Origin: Eledone cirrhosa
Taxonomy: Eukaryota
Reading direction: 5' to 3'
DNA length: 64,000 bases
Assembly (NCBI GenBank): GCA_964016885.1
Contig: OZ024742.1
Span: 192,572,001 to 192,636,000 of the forward strand
Below, one piece after another: positions 1 to 15,841 of this stretch (the stretch's first letter is position 1; each line of letters begins with the position of its first letter). The position numbers and the translations under genes were made by a program. A model generated the notes under the pieces. That model searched no databases and had not been told where the DNA came from. It worked only from the letters and a program-made list of their open reading frames with translations.

Positions 1-1953
1 ATTTTCCAATTAAGCGTGAAGGGGGTGGAGTTCCTTTTGAGGTTCCAAACGTAGGAGGCGAGTGTTGTTTGATTTGATTTATCCGGTCTTCTGAAGGAGT
101 GGGTATGGGCATACCAACGGGTCTTAAAGTTGTTGGAGGTCATGCCGATGTAAGTTTTTTTGCAATCCTCGGTGCCCGATGACATCGCATTTGTATACGA
201 TGTCATTTGTGAGGCATTTGTTTTCTAGTGGGCATGCTTCCTTATTTAGGCAATTACATAGAGCCCCAGTTCGGGGATTGGTTTCGGAGGTGGTTGGCTT
301 ATTTAGTTTAGAGTTGTGGTTGGCTATATTCCTAGCTAGGTTAGGTGTGGTGGAGTAAGACAGTCTTATAGTGTTCTTATTAAAGATGGTGTAGTACCTA
401 TGTTGTATGGGGAAGTGTAATTTCAGTAAAGTGAAGAAAATCCTAGCTATCGGAGTAGATACCTCTCTATTGAAGGGAGGGTTGTACCAGCTAATCTGCC
501 TATGTCTATTCCTCCTCTGCAATTTTGCGGTGGTTTCTAGGTAAGTTATCTTATCTTTAAATCCGCTACGGGCTAGAGCGTCATTGTAGTAGGAGGCAGA
601 TGCAGTAAAAATATCTTTGTTGGCGGAGAGGCCAGATATTCTAATAGAGACGCTTTTTACTAGGTTATCAGTAATGTTTTGGGGGTGGTTTGAATTAACA
701 TTAATATATTTAAGGGACTCGTTAGGTTTGTGGTACGGGTAATAGAGGGAAGTATCTAGGTCGAGAGTGACATCTAAGAAGTTGGCCCTAGTCAAATTAG
801 AATCTATAGTTATACTAAATCCTAGATTAGAGAAGAAAGAGCTTAAGTTTTTCCGAAACCCATCGGTGGTTCTGGGGCTAACCTTATGCAGGGCGAAGAG
901 GCCGTCGTCTCGGTATAAACCTCCAGTTAGGCCGGTAAAGAGGTTCTTCGGGTTATGTAGGATGTACAGGCCCACAAGGTCGCTAATTTCAGCCGAGTCA
1001 CTCGCCCCCATGCTAACGTCAAATGGGGTCTGAGATTTCTTGTTGATCCAGTAAGATCCATCGTGGTATAGAAAGGTCTTACGAGCGTGGAGGATAATAA
1101 CTTGCTCGGCATCGGTAATGGTGGTAAAATTCCTGGCAAAGTTAATTGCGTCCTTCAGGAGGGGCTCCGAGATAGAGGCATAGTAGTTTTCTATGTCGAG
1201 TTGCAGGAAGCGAGTGTGGTGTTTATCGGGTAATTCTTGGAACCATGATATTGCCTCAGATGTTCTACTCCAGAGTCGAAGTGGTGAGGCTGCCCGCAAT
1301 AATGGTAGAACTCTATCCAGGATCTTCTTACTGATAGAGCCGATGTCAGAACGAGTGGGGTTGATAAGTCTGACTGATGGTTTGTTGAGGAAATTTCCCT
1401 TATGGTCCTTCAGGGTAAAGTGCGGGGTCTTTACCCTTAAAGGTTCGGTTCGGTCATGTAATTTAAGGGACTTGGCGATTTCTTTTCCGGCCGCGTTTGT
1501 CTCAGTCAGCGCCCTCTCTATTACCTTTTTGTAGGTGGTCGTGATGGTATTTTTTGCCAGCTTATTGTAGGTCTGTGGGTCTACCTCATAAACGTTTTTG
1601 GTTTTATCGGAGGAGACATAAAGATTAGGGGATTTTTTTATATTCCGTAATTCGGCATTTAAGTAGGCCTGGAATGGTGTGGTGGCTCTCCGGAATTTAA
1701 TATCCTTGATCATCTTGAAGAGGTCTTCCTCAAATGGTTGGAGTAGGCTGTTGGTGAGTGGTGTCTTATTCGTTTTGAAGCCGAACTTCTCATCATTGGT
1801 AGATGCTACATCAGGGTTGTCGAGGAAGAAGGCCCTCTATCTAATTCGCTTGATGAACTCGTCGGTACGTCTGATGAGTGTTTTTAAGTATAGTTTCCTT
1901 GGAGGGATAGGGATGTTCTTCAAGGAAATATCAAGGTCGAGTTTGGTCAGCAT
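1..1953 (-). pseudogene. PLE reverse transcriptase / GIY-YIG endonuclease ORF, disabled
   Basis: SLKNIPIP N-terminus; TAG at 1837-1839 where W is expected (RIR*RAFF), same frame as ORF 124-1713; RT motifs LDIENYY, MGASDSAE, LYRDD; CNC..CPL..C; frameshift at ~175 restores TYIGMTSNNFKTRWYAH..LASYVWNLK. Confidence 0.92.
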
Positions 1954-2083
1954 GGTTTCTTGATGATGGTTATAAGGGGCACAGAGAGTGCTAAAATGTA
2001 CGTTATTCCGGGTTGAATCGGAGGTAACCACAGTAAGTAAGGTACTCAATACATAGCAGAGTATAACAGTTTTAATATAGATG

Positions 2084-2134
2084 AGATTCTACAGGACTAG
2101 AACTGTTTCATTCATTAGAAATCATCAGGAATCT
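2084..2134 (-). ncRNA. Type I hammerhead ribozyme (pLTR family A)
   Basis: agattc-CTGATGA-tttc taat gaat-GAA-acag ttctagtc ctgt-A-gaatct; stem I covaries with the copy at 23802. Confidence 0.85.
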
Positions 2135-2862
2135 GGGTATCAAAAAATAAATATGGTATTTATAGGTCTCTACAAGTGGTAGGAGAGGGTGGGGAGTGGG
2201 ATGGGTGCAGGTCATTGGTTGATAGAAAAGGGAATTCATTAAAAGCTAATTCTACAAAGCTATAGTTAATTTTTATTTTTATTTATATTTATTTATGTTT
2301 TTAGAGTAACAAAGGCAGACAGAATTCTATAAACAGGTTCCGGATGGCATACCATTCCTTGTCAATAAGTTTCTCTTAAGCTAACAGATGTCTATAAAAT
2401 CAGTGGGGGGTCAGTCATGCTCGATAGAATTAAAGAAAAGGGAGATTCTTTAAAAGCTAAAGTCATTAAGGTTCTACTAAGTGACAAAGGTCTAGAGAAT
2501 TCTGCAGACAGATTCAAAATACTGAGTGCATATCTTACTATTATCTTCGAACTTCTCTTAAACTAATCAACAATATGCCAAAATCAACAGACACATTCAC
2601 AAAAAAACAAAAAAACAAAAAAAAAGAAAAACAAAAAAACACACATAAAAAACAAAAAAACACACATACTCACTCACACACTTACGCGCAACCATAAACA
2701 CACACACAAACACATATACACACATAAAAACACACACACATATATAAAAAAATATATAAATATATATAAAAATATATATTCATGTACACACACATACATA
2801 CACACATACATACATACATACATATATAATACATATACACATATACATACGCACATATATAC

Positions 2863-2919
<57 letters not shown>

Positions 2920-2922
2920 CAA

Positions 2923-2963
<41 letters not shown>

Positions 2964-3019
2964 CACACATACACACACACACACATATATACATATATAT
3001 ATATATACATATATATATA

Positions 3020-3079
<60 letters not shown>

Positions 3080-3198
3080 GATACACACACACATACACAT
3101 ACATACACACACACACATATATACACAAATAAATACACTCACACGCATACGTACAAACACGAGTATACATATGTATAAATATCTATACACACACACAT

Positions 3199-3235
<37 letters not shown>

Positions 3236-3429
3236 TATATACATACATATATATACATATATATACATACATATATATATATATATCTCTATACACACAC
3301 ATATACATATACATATATATATATATATATCCATACATACACAAACATACACATACATACACAGACCTATACATAAATATACACATATATATACAGACAT
3401 ATAACGCACATATACACACACATATACAT

Positions 3430-3482
<53 letters not shown>

Positions 3483-3737
3483 CATACATATACATATACA
3501 CATATATATATATATATATATACACACACACGCGCATACACACATACACACACCCACACACAAAATATATATACACACACTCTCTCTCTCATGCACATAT
3601 ATATATATATATATACACACACATATACATATATATACATACACATACACATATATATATATATATATATATACATATATATATACATATATATATACAT
3701 ATACACATACATATACATATACATACATACATATACA

Positions 3738-3930
3738 GAAAATACTCCAGAAAGCGCGCTCTTACAACGGAGGACACAAGGGCTGCGACCTTTGTATTTC
3801 AGAGAGCTACGAAATTTTATTCGCCAAGGGCCCGCTACTGAACAAACTCTCTGAACACTGCCCGAACTGCATGCACAAGAACTTTGCAACATTGAAACAC
3901 TTTAAGCCAGTGTTAAAGCCCGATGGCTAA
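3738..3930 (+). pseudogene. C-terminal tip of a Naiad-like GIY-YIG domain
   Basis: Reads [47 protein letters not shown], matching the CxLC..E..I..LLN..E..CxH ending of the other PLE ORFs here. Confidence 0.85.
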
Positions 3931-4148
3931 AAACGACCTCCCCCTATTGGCCCCTATACCTCCTCCCCACCCTACCCCCACCCCTCCTCAACCTGAAATA
4001 CGGCCACTATGGTCATGTGAGTACCTCTTTCGTATCTACATTTTCCGCCTGTAGAGGTGTCTTTATGTGCCTGTGCATATGCGTATATTTATTGAGTACC
4101 TATTTACTTGTATGTGTATATATTTGTTTGTATATGTGTATATGTGTA

Positions 4149-4225
<77 letters not shown>

Positions 4226-4392
4226 ATATGTGTATTTATGTATGTATGTATGTATGTATACGTGTGTATGTGTGTGTGTATGTTTATGTATATGTATGTG
4301 TATGTGTGTATGTATGTATGTGTGTGTATATGTGTGTATATATATGTGTATATGTATGTGTGTGTATATATATATATATATATGTGTATATA

Positions 4393-4444
<52 letters not shown>

Positions 4445-4462
4445 CATGTATATGTATGTGTG

Positions 4463-4504
<42 letters not shown>

Positions 4505-5783
4505 GATAAATCTACCAAGAGTTTACGGTAGTGTCCAATCCGTATGAAGAACTCAATGTATTCCGGATATCATGGAAAGAAGAGATGTAATGAAAAATCA
4601 CTTTCGGTGAAAGATAAACGGTATACAGAGTCAAGATAAAATATTAAACAAATAATGAATAAACAATGATACTGTTCCTTATATTAAACAAAAAAAGTTC
4701 ATTATTTAACGATCGTTTCTAGGATATATATGTGTTAGAATTGGCATGCATATTCAACAGATCTATGTACAAAATTATACAAAATTATACAAACTATCAA
4801 GATTAAATATACATACCAACACATATATACGCCGTCTTCAGAAATAATGAAGTATATTTATTGATAATAACAACAATTCAAAATTTCAGGTCCGTTTGGG
4901 AACAAAATTGACCAATGAAAACACAAAGGGTTAAATGCAGTTCGGTGTGTGTATATACATGTAAAACCCTTACACATATTTTACAAAAATGTATGTATAA
5001 TTTGTATACGCATACTAAAAGGATGGATGCAAATACAAAATTTCAAGGTTAATGTCTCTGTAAGTTTATAATGCACAGATGAGATGCGTATAGACACACA
5101 GATATGAAATTAAGTATATAAATATATTTTTTCATACTCACACATATCCGTACAATCACACATACACGCGCGTATATGCATAAATATACACATAACCACG
5201 AACATACAAACACACACACACCCCCACTCACATTTATATATGTGGATATAAAATCATAAGCACATGGATATTAATTCACTCACATAAACACTGGCACACA
5301 CATTTAGATCAAGACACAGAAATTAGGTGGGAGGGGGGGGGAGAGGTCAGTATTCAACGGTCTGAGCAGACTGCCTAATATAGATGTATCTATAAACTAA
5401 GAAAATAAAAATAAAAAATAATAAATAATAAATAAACATTAAAGAGGAAGGAATAGAAAGAAAAAAGAAAAAAGAAATATATCAAGAAAATATATATATA
5501 TATATACATATATATACACATACATATATATATATATATATATACATACACATATATATATCATCTGTATTTGTAAGCGTGTATGTATGAATATATATGT
5601 AGGTAGGTGTCTATATATGTTTGGGTATTTATATCTGAATATAAAAATACATATATGCGCATGCAAATATGAATGTAAGATTGTGTGTGTATATATGAGT
5701 GTGCGTATGTATGTATATATGTGTATATATGCATGTGTATATGTATGTGTATGTGAATGTGTGTATGTGTATGTGTATATATA

Positions 5784-5814
<31 letters not shown>

Positions 5815-5833
5815 GTATATGTGTATATATATG

Positions 5834-5864
<31 letters not shown>

Positions 5865-6072
5865 GTGTGTGTATGTATGTGTGTGTATGTGTGTTGTATA
5901 TATATGTATGTCTCTCTATTTATATGTCTATCTTCGTATCTATGTGATTATATGTGTGTGTGTGCATGTATACACATATATGTGTTTATGTGTATATGTG
6001 TGTATGTGTGTATATATGTGTGTGTGCACACACATATATATGTGAGTGTGTATAAGTGTCTGTGTATATGTA

Positions 6073-6116
<44 letters not shown>

Positions 6117-6174
6117 TGTCTATGTGTGAATATATGTCTATATTCGTATGTGTGTATATATGTATGTATATGTT

Positions 6175-6239
<65 letters not shown>

Positions 6240-6466
6240 TATTATTATAATATAACTTATGTGTATGTGTGTATATGTGAGGGTGTGTATGTGTATATAA
6301 TATGTGTATATATAAGTGTAAAAAAATATATATATATGTGCATGCCTGTTTTTTATGTGTGTGTATATATATATATATACGTGTGTATATATATGTATAT
6401 GTGGGTGTTTGTATGTGTATTTATGGTGGTATGTGTATGTGGGTATGTATATATATATATGTGAAT

Positions 6467-6550
<84 letters not shown>

Positions 6551-6904
6551 ATATATATATCTCTATTAATGCGTGTATATATGTATATGCATATGCCTTT
6601 TTATTTTTTATTTGTATGTCTGAGTTGGGTGAGGTTGTAGTGGTGTTTCTATGTATATACGCATATATGGATGCGTATGTATTTGTATATATGAGTATAT
6701 GTAAGTGCATATGTATGTATGATTATATATCTAATTCTATGTATGAATATACATGTATATATATGTGTGTATGTAAGTTGTGTGTGTATGTATGTATATG
6801 TCTATGTGTCTATATATATATATGTATGTATATCTATGTATGTGTATGTATGTACATGTATGTCTATATATGTGTGTATGTATGTGTGTGTGTATATATA
6901 TATG

Positions 6905-6960
<56 letters not shown>

Positions 6961-7190
6961 TGTATATATCTTTATTATTTATTTTTTATATATATGTGTG
7001 TGTGTGTATGTGTGTGTGTGTGTGTGTGTATATATATCTTTATATATGTGTATGTGTATGTTCGTGTAGGTGTATGTGTGTGTATGACTTTATATGTATG
7101 TGTGTATGTGTGTATGCGTATATATTTCTATGTGTGTGTACATGTATGTATGTGTGTGTATGTGTATGTGTGTGTATGTGTATATGTATG

Positions 7191-7259
<69 letters not shown>

Positions 7260-7583
7260 CTATATGTTTTTCTATTTGTATATGTATGTGTATATAGGTA
7301 TATACCTTTCTCTTTGTATGTCTAAGTTGTGTGATAGTGTAGTGGTGTTTGTATGTATATACCGATATATAGATGCGTAAGTATTTGTCTGTATGTATGT
7401 ATGTAAGTCTGTATATATTTGTGTGTGTATATATAGCTATGTATGTGTATATCTGTATGTATATTAGTATGTAAGTGTTGTATATGTGCATGTATGTGTG
7501 TGGTTATATATATGTGTGTCTGTATAGTATGTGTGATTATATATATATGTATGTGTATGTGTATGTGTATATACATATATATG

Positions 7584-7636
<53 letters not shown>

Positions 7637-8722
7637 GTGTGTTTGTATGTATATGTGTATATGTATGTATGTGTGTATATGTATATGTTTATATATGTGT
7701 GTGTATGTATGTTCTTAGTGTGGATGTGTGTATATGTATGTATGTGTTTGTATATGTGTGTATATATAAATGTATGTGTGTGTGTGTGTCTATGTATATA
7801 TATGTATATATATATGTGTATGTATATATATATATATATATATGTATGTGTATATATATGTATATATATATATATATTTTCTTGATATATTTCTTTTTTC
7901 TTTTTTCTTTCTATTCCTTCCTCTTTAATGTTTATTTATTATTTATTATTTTTTATTTTTATTTTCTTAGTTTATAGATACATCTATATTAGGCAGTCTG
8001 CTCAGACCGTTGAATACTGACCTCTCCCCCCCCCTCCCACCTAATTTCTGTGTCTTGATCTAAATGTGTGTGCCAGTGTTTATGTGAGTGAATTAATATC
8101 CATGTGCTTATGATTTTATATCCACATATATAAATGTGAGTGGGGGTGTGTGTGTGTTTGTATGTTCGTGGTTATGTGTATATTTATGCATATACGCGCG
8201 TGTATGTGTGATTGTACGGATATGTGTGAGTATGAAAAAATATATTTATATACTTAATTTCATATCTGTGTGTCTATACGCATCTTATCTGTGCATTATA
8301 AACTTACAGAGACATTAACCTTGAAATTTTGTATTTGCATCCATCCTTTTAGTATGCGTATACAAATTATACATACATTTTTGTAAAATATGTGTAAGGG
8401 TTTTACATGTATATACACACACCGAACTGCATTTAACCCTTTGTGTTTTCATTGGTCAATTTTGTTCCCAAACGGACCTGAAATTTTGAATTGTTGTTAT
8501 TATCAATAAATATACTTCATTATTTCTGAAGACGGCGTATATATGTGTTGGTATGTATATTTAATCTTGATAGTTTGTATAATTTTGTATAATTTTGTAC
8601 ATAGATCTGTTGAATATGCATGCCAATTCTAACACATATATATCCTAGAAACGATCGTTAAATAATGAACTTTTTTTGTTTAATATAAGGAACAGTATCA
8701 TTGTTTATTCATTATTTGTTTA

Positions 8723-8809
<87 letters not shown>

Positions 8810-8836
8810 GTGCGTATATGTATATGTGTATATGTA

Positions 8837-8867
<31 letters not shown>

Positions 8868-8871
8868 GTGC

Positions 8872-8907
<36 letters not shown>

Positions 8908-8914
8908 GTATATA

Positions 8915-8967
<53 letters not shown>

Positions 8968-9005
8968 ATATGTGTATATATATATGTATATGATTGTGTG
9001 GGCAG

Positions 9006-9049
<44 letters not shown>

Positions 9050-9150
9050 GTATATATATGTATATATATGTGTATGTGTGTGTATTTGTATGTATATATG
9101 TATATGCGTGTATGTGTGTGTGTGTATATGTATGTATATGAATGTGAGTG

Positions 9151-9183
<33 letters not shown>

Positions 9184-9197
9184 ATATATATATATAT

Positions 9198-9243
<46 letters not shown>

Positions 9244-9258
9244 GTATGTGTATGTGTA

Positions 9259-9321
<63 letters not shown>

Positions 9322-9334
9322 ATGTATGTGTATA

Positions 9335-9388
<54 letters not shown>

Positions 9389-9564
9389 CGTATGTGTGTA
9401 TATGTGTGTGTGTATATATATGTGTATATGTATGTGTTTGTGTGTATGTATATGTATATATGTGTGTATGTGTGTGTATTTGTGTGTGTATATGTACATG
9501 TATGTGTGTATATGTATGTATGTATATGTATATGTATGTGTATATGTATATATATATGTATATA

Positions 9565-9598
<34 letters not shown>

Positions 9599-9622
9599 TA
9601 TGTGTATGTATATATATGTATA

Positions 9623-9657
<35 letters not shown>

Positions 9658-9724
9658 GTGCATGAGAGAGAGAGTGTGTGTATATATATTTTGTGTGTGG
9701 GTGTGTGTATGTGTGTATGCGCGC

Positions 9725-9764
<40 letters not shown>

Positions 9765-9779
9765 ATATGTATATGTATG

Positions 9780-9848
<69 letters not shown>

Positions 9849-10040
9849 ATGTATATGTGTGTGTATATGTGCGTTATATGTCTGTATATATATGTGTATA
9901 TTTATGTATAGGTCTGTGTATGTATGTGTATGTTTGTGTATGTATGGATATATATATATATATATGTATATGTATATGTGTGTGTATAGGGATATATATA
10001 TATATGTATGTATATATATGTATATATATGTATGTATATA

Positions 10041-10074
<34 letters not shown>

Positions 10075-10193
10075 TATGTGTGTGTGTATAGATATTTATA
10101 CATATGTATACTCGTGTTTGTATGTATGCGTGTGAGTGTATTTATTTGTGTATATATGTGTGTGTGTGTGTATGTATTTGTATGTGTGTGTGT

Positions 10194-10274
<81 letters not shown>

Positions 10275-10306
10275 TATGTATATATGTGTGTGTGTGTGTA
10301 TGTGTG

Positions 10307-10347
<41 letters not shown>

Positions 10348-10350
10348 TTG

Positions 10351-10405
<55 letters not shown>

Positions 10406-11129
10406 GTATATATGTGCGTATGTATATGTGTATATGTATTATATATGTATGTATGTATGTGTGTATGTATGTGTGTGTACATGAATATATATTTTTATAT
10501 ATATTTATATATTTTTTTATATATGTGTGTGTGTTTTTATGTGTGTATATGTGTTTTTGTGTGTGTTTATGGTTGCGCGTAAGTGTGTGAGTGAGTATGT
10601 GTGTTTTTTTGTTTTTTATGTGTGTTTTTTTGTTTTTCTGTTTTTTTGTTTTTTTGTTTTTTTGTGAATGTGTCTGTTGATTTTGGCATATTGTTGATTA
10701 GTTTAAGAGAAGTTCGAAGATAATAGTAAGATATGCACTCAGTATTTTGAATCTGTCTGCAGAATTCTCTAGACCTTTGTCACTTAGTAGAACCTTAATG
10801 ACTTTAGCTTTTAAAGAATCTCCCTTTTCTTTAATTCTATCGAGCATGACTGACCCCCCACTGATTTTATAGACATCTGTTAGCTTAAGAGAAACTTATT
10901 GACAAGGAATGGTATACCATCCGGAACCTGTTTATAGAATTCTGTCTGCCTCTGTTACTCTAAAAACATAAATAAATATAAATAAAAATAAAAATTAACT
11001 ATAGTTTTGTAGAATTAGCTTTTAATGAATTCCCTTTTTTATCAACCAATGACCTGCACCCATCCCACTCCCCACCCTCTCCTACCACTTGTAGAGACCT
11101 ATAAATACCATATTTATTTTTTGATACCC

Positions 11130-11180
11130 AGATTCCTGATGATTTCTAATGAATGAAACAGTTCTAGTCCTGTAGAATCT
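11130..11180 (+). ncRNA. Type I hammerhead ribozyme (family A), inverted copy
   Basis: Reverse complement of 2084-2134, followed 16 bp later by (TA)n. Confidence 0.85.
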
Positions 11181-11195
11181 CATCTATATTAAAAC

Positions 11196-11229
<34 letters not shown>

Positions 11230-11527
11230 AAAAATATATATATATACTTATATATATATATATATATTAAAAATATATATATATACTTATATATTATATA
11301 TATATATATTAAAAATATATATATATACTTATATATATTATATTATATTTAGAGTTATAAACTCAAACAGTCCTTTACAATTAATTAGCTCAAAGAAAGA
11401 AGCATTTCTGAGCCGTGAAATACAAGTTAATATAAGTTAATATATAATAAACACATAAGTGTTTGTATTGCAAAGACCAAGTTAGCTAGAATGAAATAAA
11501 CTAATTCAAATAAATATAGTTTGCCTG

Positions 11528-11616
<89 letters not shown>

Positions 11617-11663
11617 TATATATATATACTTATATATATATATATTAAAAAAATATATATATA

Positions 11664-11716
<53 letters not shown>

Positions 11717-11735
11717 TTATATATATATATATATA

Positions 11736-11813
<78 letters not shown>

Positions 11814-12135
11814 TATATATAGCAATAATAATAAATGTGAAGACGTAAACCGATACGTGCATATATATATATGTGTGCATGTATGTATATACATAGTACT
11901 GTACGTCTGTATACATGTATGCATGTACGTATACATACATACATACATACTTACATCTAAGTAAGTGCCGTACTAAGAGTGAGAAATGAAATTTCGTTTC
12001 ATTCTATTCCATTTATCGTTTTCAGTGTGCCCGGCCGACTGAACTCACTCGATATGCAAATTAGGCTGCTCAGCCGTTAATATGCATAAGAAAAGTATAT
12101 ACTTTCAGATGTTCAATCATCTGGCAGGAAGGTAT

Positions 12136-12178
12136 ACGTTGCTGACGATAGCTAATAAGCTTGAAACTAGTACATCGT
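12136..12178 (+). ncRNA. Minimal type I hammerhead (retrozyme family 1)
   Basis: acgttg-CTGACGA-tagc taataa gctt-GAA-actagt-A-catcgt; palindromic stem III ACTAGT. Confidence 0.85.
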
Positions 12179-12577
12179 TCCTGTGTCAGTGTTGAACAAA
12201 AAGGTGACGTGGTTGCCTAAACACTGTACGGCGTAATTCGGAATGTTTGTTTGTTTACGAACAAACAAACCGAGCATTATAATAAATGTTCGGTAAACCG
12301 ATATGTGCATATATATATGTGTGCATGTATGTATATACGTACTACTGTACGTCTGTATACATGTATGTATGTACGTATACATACATACATACTTACACCT
12401 AAGTATGTGCCGTACTAAGAGTGAGAAATGAAATTTCGTTTCATTCTATTCCATTTATCGGTTTCGGTGTGCCCGGCCGACTGAACTCACTCGATATGCA
12501 AATTAGGCTGCTCAGCCGTTAATATGCATAAGGAAAGTATATACTTTCAGACGTTCAATCATCTGGCAGGAAGGTAT

Positions 12578-12620
12578 ACGTTGCTGACGATAGCTAATAA
12601 GCTTGAAACTAGTACATCGT
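12578..12620 (+). ncRNA. Minimal type I hammerhead (retrozyme family 1)
   Basis: Same motif as 12136, one unit downstream. Confidence 0.85.
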
Positions 12621-12823
12621 TCCTGTGTCAGTGTTGAACAAAAAGGTGACGTGGTTGCCTAAACACTGTACGGCGTAATTCGGGCTGTTTGTTTGTTTAC
12701 AAACAAACAAACCGAGCATTATAATAAATGTTCGGTAAGCCGATACGTGCATATATATATGTGTGCATGTATGTATATATATACATACTACTGTACGTCT
12801 GTATACATGTATGTACGTATACA

Positions 12824-12950
<127 letters not shown>

Positions 12951-13792
12951 GTAGGAGGTGAGTTTTATTATAGCACAATAAAGCAATGCAAATATCGGAT
13001 AAGTAGCACTCAACAGTTTATAGGACTGGAGTATAAATAATATAAGATCAAATGATGGTTAAAAGAGTTCCATGTATTTTATTATGCGCATTTCAAAAAC
13101 AAATATCATCATGGGATGATACTTGCGTTCTTATCAGATAAAATGGGGAGACATGATATGAAGTTTAAAAAAGACTTGCGGGCAGTGAAGTGTTAAATCT
13201 ACATATGAAAAATAAGGTAAGATGGATATATGAGATTGGGAAAAAAAAGAAGGAAGGGGGAAGGAAAGGTAAGGAAGAGGAAGAAAGAAAATAAACGATG
13301 ACGGGGGAGCAGTATAAGAAGGAAGGATGAGAAATGAGTGAGAGAGAGAGAGATAGCCTTTAATACTGAGAAACACCGTCTCACAGAGAGAAATAAAAAA
13401 TAACCGTTGTAAGATAATACATAATTTAAAACAATTTTGAAATTAAAAGTTAATGAGGTTTATGAATGGTGATGTTTATGGTTAAAGAAAAAGGAATGAA
13501 GAATAGTATTTATTTAAGGTTTATATATTGAAGGGTTTAATAATATGTGCGAAAAAGGAATTTATTAATATGTATTATTAAAATAAAAATATTAAGGAGA
13601 TAAGGTGAATGAAGAAAAAATTAAATGAATTATGAACTTAGAGGAATTAGTTAGGGTCTAAGTTTGTTTCTATGTATTGTAATAGGAAAATAGGAAAAAG
13701 TAAATAATAGGTTTAATACGAGCACGGAAGGAGAGAAGAAAATTTAAGGAAGAAAAAAATATATAACGTCAAAAAAATATGTTTACAAAATT

Positions 13793-13885
13793 TTTGCCTT
13801 TCATCCTTCCGGGGTCGATAGAATAAAGTACCAGTAATGCACTGGGTAATTGCTGGTCTTGTGCCAAAAGTAGAAACAATATTAG
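13793..13885 (+). mobile_element. 3' fragment of tRNA-derived SINE
   Basis: gcctttcatccttccggggtcgatagaataaagtaccag core shared with many copies in the window. Confidence 0.75.
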
Positions 13886-14544
13886 TATATATTAAAAATA
13901 TAGTTTGTATACCCAAGAATATAAGGAAAATGCTATAGTGAGTAATAATATGAATTAAGAAGTAATTGAGAAGTAAAAGTTACAGATTAAAGATTAGAAA
14001 TTTAAAAAAAAAAGGAAAAAAGGAAAAAAGGATGAAAAAAAAAGAAAAATAGGGGACCGCTAACGACATAGAATGAGTAAATTGTATAATATAATATACT
14101 TAAATAAGGTAGAAAGATGGGTATATTTGTAAAAGATATAAAAGCGTTTGAGAAAAGAATATTTAAAACTAATTAGGTAGTGAGATATTAGCTGTATACT
14201 TTATGGAAAGTTCTATGGGATTTATGCAAGCAGAGCGAAAATAAATCCGTACGTCTATTTATTATAGAAATAGAAGACCCTCATAGAACTGGACATGAAA
14301 GGAATTTGCCCATTATAAAGGAGAAAATCATGGAATAGCTTACATAGGACTAGATATAAGATAGGGAAAGCCACCTCATGGTACGACAACCTGAGATACC
14401 AGAGTGTCATGTTCGTGGACGCTACCCCTGGAGGGAAATTAGCTAACCAGTGTTAGTAAACTAAGATAGAATACAATAACCAAACACGAACACACCTCAA
14501 ACACTATAACACACGCAAACGCATGCGCAGAGAAGAAGACAAAA

Positions 14545-14575
<31 letters not shown>

Positions 14576-14890
14576 ACGGATTAAATAAAGATGGCGTAGA
14601 CATACACTACAACAGGAGGAAACATAATAGCACCACTGATGATGTTCTAGATGTGCAACGAAAGAACTTTGTTAGACTATATATATGTGTTTGTGTCTAT
14701 ATTATATCTGTATTTTTGACCGTTGGTCAGTCAATGGTAACATTGAGGACCGAATGAATTAACTGATATAAATGATACAGAAGCGAAAACCAACCAAACA
14801 GTGAGTATGTTCTGTTATTAATTCTGGGAATATTATTACACAAATATGACCCTCCCCAAGTATAACAATATATATATACATATATATATA

Positions 14891-15141
14891 GTTAGGGAAG
14901 CAGAAAATTGCTTATTATGGTCCAGTTCGTGGTTAAGAAAGCCAGTTTCATGGACGGTTTCAACGTTTCATGGACGGTTTCTTGGAGTATAAAGAGTAAC
15001 TTAGTCACTATTTTGAAAATTTGTACGTAAACAACAATTATAATTGAGTGGCTGCTATTTGCAGTATAGCAATATAAGGTTGCACTTACCAATGAAACGG
15101 TCGTAAATACCTGGATAAAATCCTTCTCTTAATGCTTACCT
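14891..15141. mobile_element. Solo PLE pLTR with internal inversion, same family as 51443-55083
   Basis: 14891-14965 matches 51444-51515; 14985-15141 matches 54915-55083; flanked by (TA)n. Confidence 0.85.
15009..15109 (+). ncRNA. Hammerhead, U3-A8 core variant with long stem II insert
   Basis: tatt-TTGAAAA-tttg..ccaat-GAA-acggtcgt-A-aata. Confidence 0.6.
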
Positions 15142-15156
15142 GTGTTTTCTCTTTTA

Positions 15157-15201
<45 letters not shown>

Positions 15202-15205
15202 CAAC

Positions 15206-15249
<44 letters not shown>

Positions 15250-15310
15250 ATGCTAGCGTGGAAGATAGACGTTCAGACGTTAAACGATGATGATGCTGAT
15301 GATGATGATG

Positions 15311-15357
<47 letters not shown>

Positions 15358-15362
15358 CATAC

Positions 15363-15419
<57 letters not shown>

Positions 15420-15487
15420 CACACACATATATATATACATACACACACACATATATATAAATATATCTATATATATATCTATCTACC

Positions 15488-15551
<64 letters not shown>

Positions 15552-15580
15552 CATATATATATATAAATACATATATACAT

Positions 15581-15635
<55 letters not shown>

Positions 15636-15660
15636 TACATATATATACATACATATATAT

Positions 15661-15703
<43 letters not shown>

Positions 15704-15746
15704 GCACATATATATATATATATATATAATATACATATATACATAG

Positions 15747-15817
<71 letters not shown>

Positions 15818-15841
15818 ATATATGTATATATATAATATATA

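Larger units (their letters stand above)
1..3735 (-). mobile_element. Naiad-like Penelope-like retroelement, 3' end cut by window edge, with upstream HHR-bearing pLTR
   Basis: RT plus C-terminal GIY-YIG ORF (1953 to <1), HHR at 2084-2134, upstream sequence repeated in inverted orientation at ~9525-11196. Confidence 0.9.
2068..11196. repeat. Nested long inverted repeat: 2068-~3735 vs ~9525-11196 and 4637-~5560 vs ~7800-8730
   Basis: Unique stretches are reverse complements (e.g. identical ORF start MSGGVCVFVCSW at 5049-5231 on - and 8136-8318 on +); arms differ mostly in microsatellite length. Confidence 0.95.

Noticed and set aside
2674-11948. Long ORFs rich in Y/I/V/C/M or H/T (up to 480 aa)
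   Set aside because: Translations of (TA)n/(TG)n mosaics, which lack stop codons; the same applies to similar ORFs throughout the window
14631-14680. CTGATGA...GAAA hammerhead-like motif
   Set aside because: No convincing stem III or stem I; at best a decayed relic
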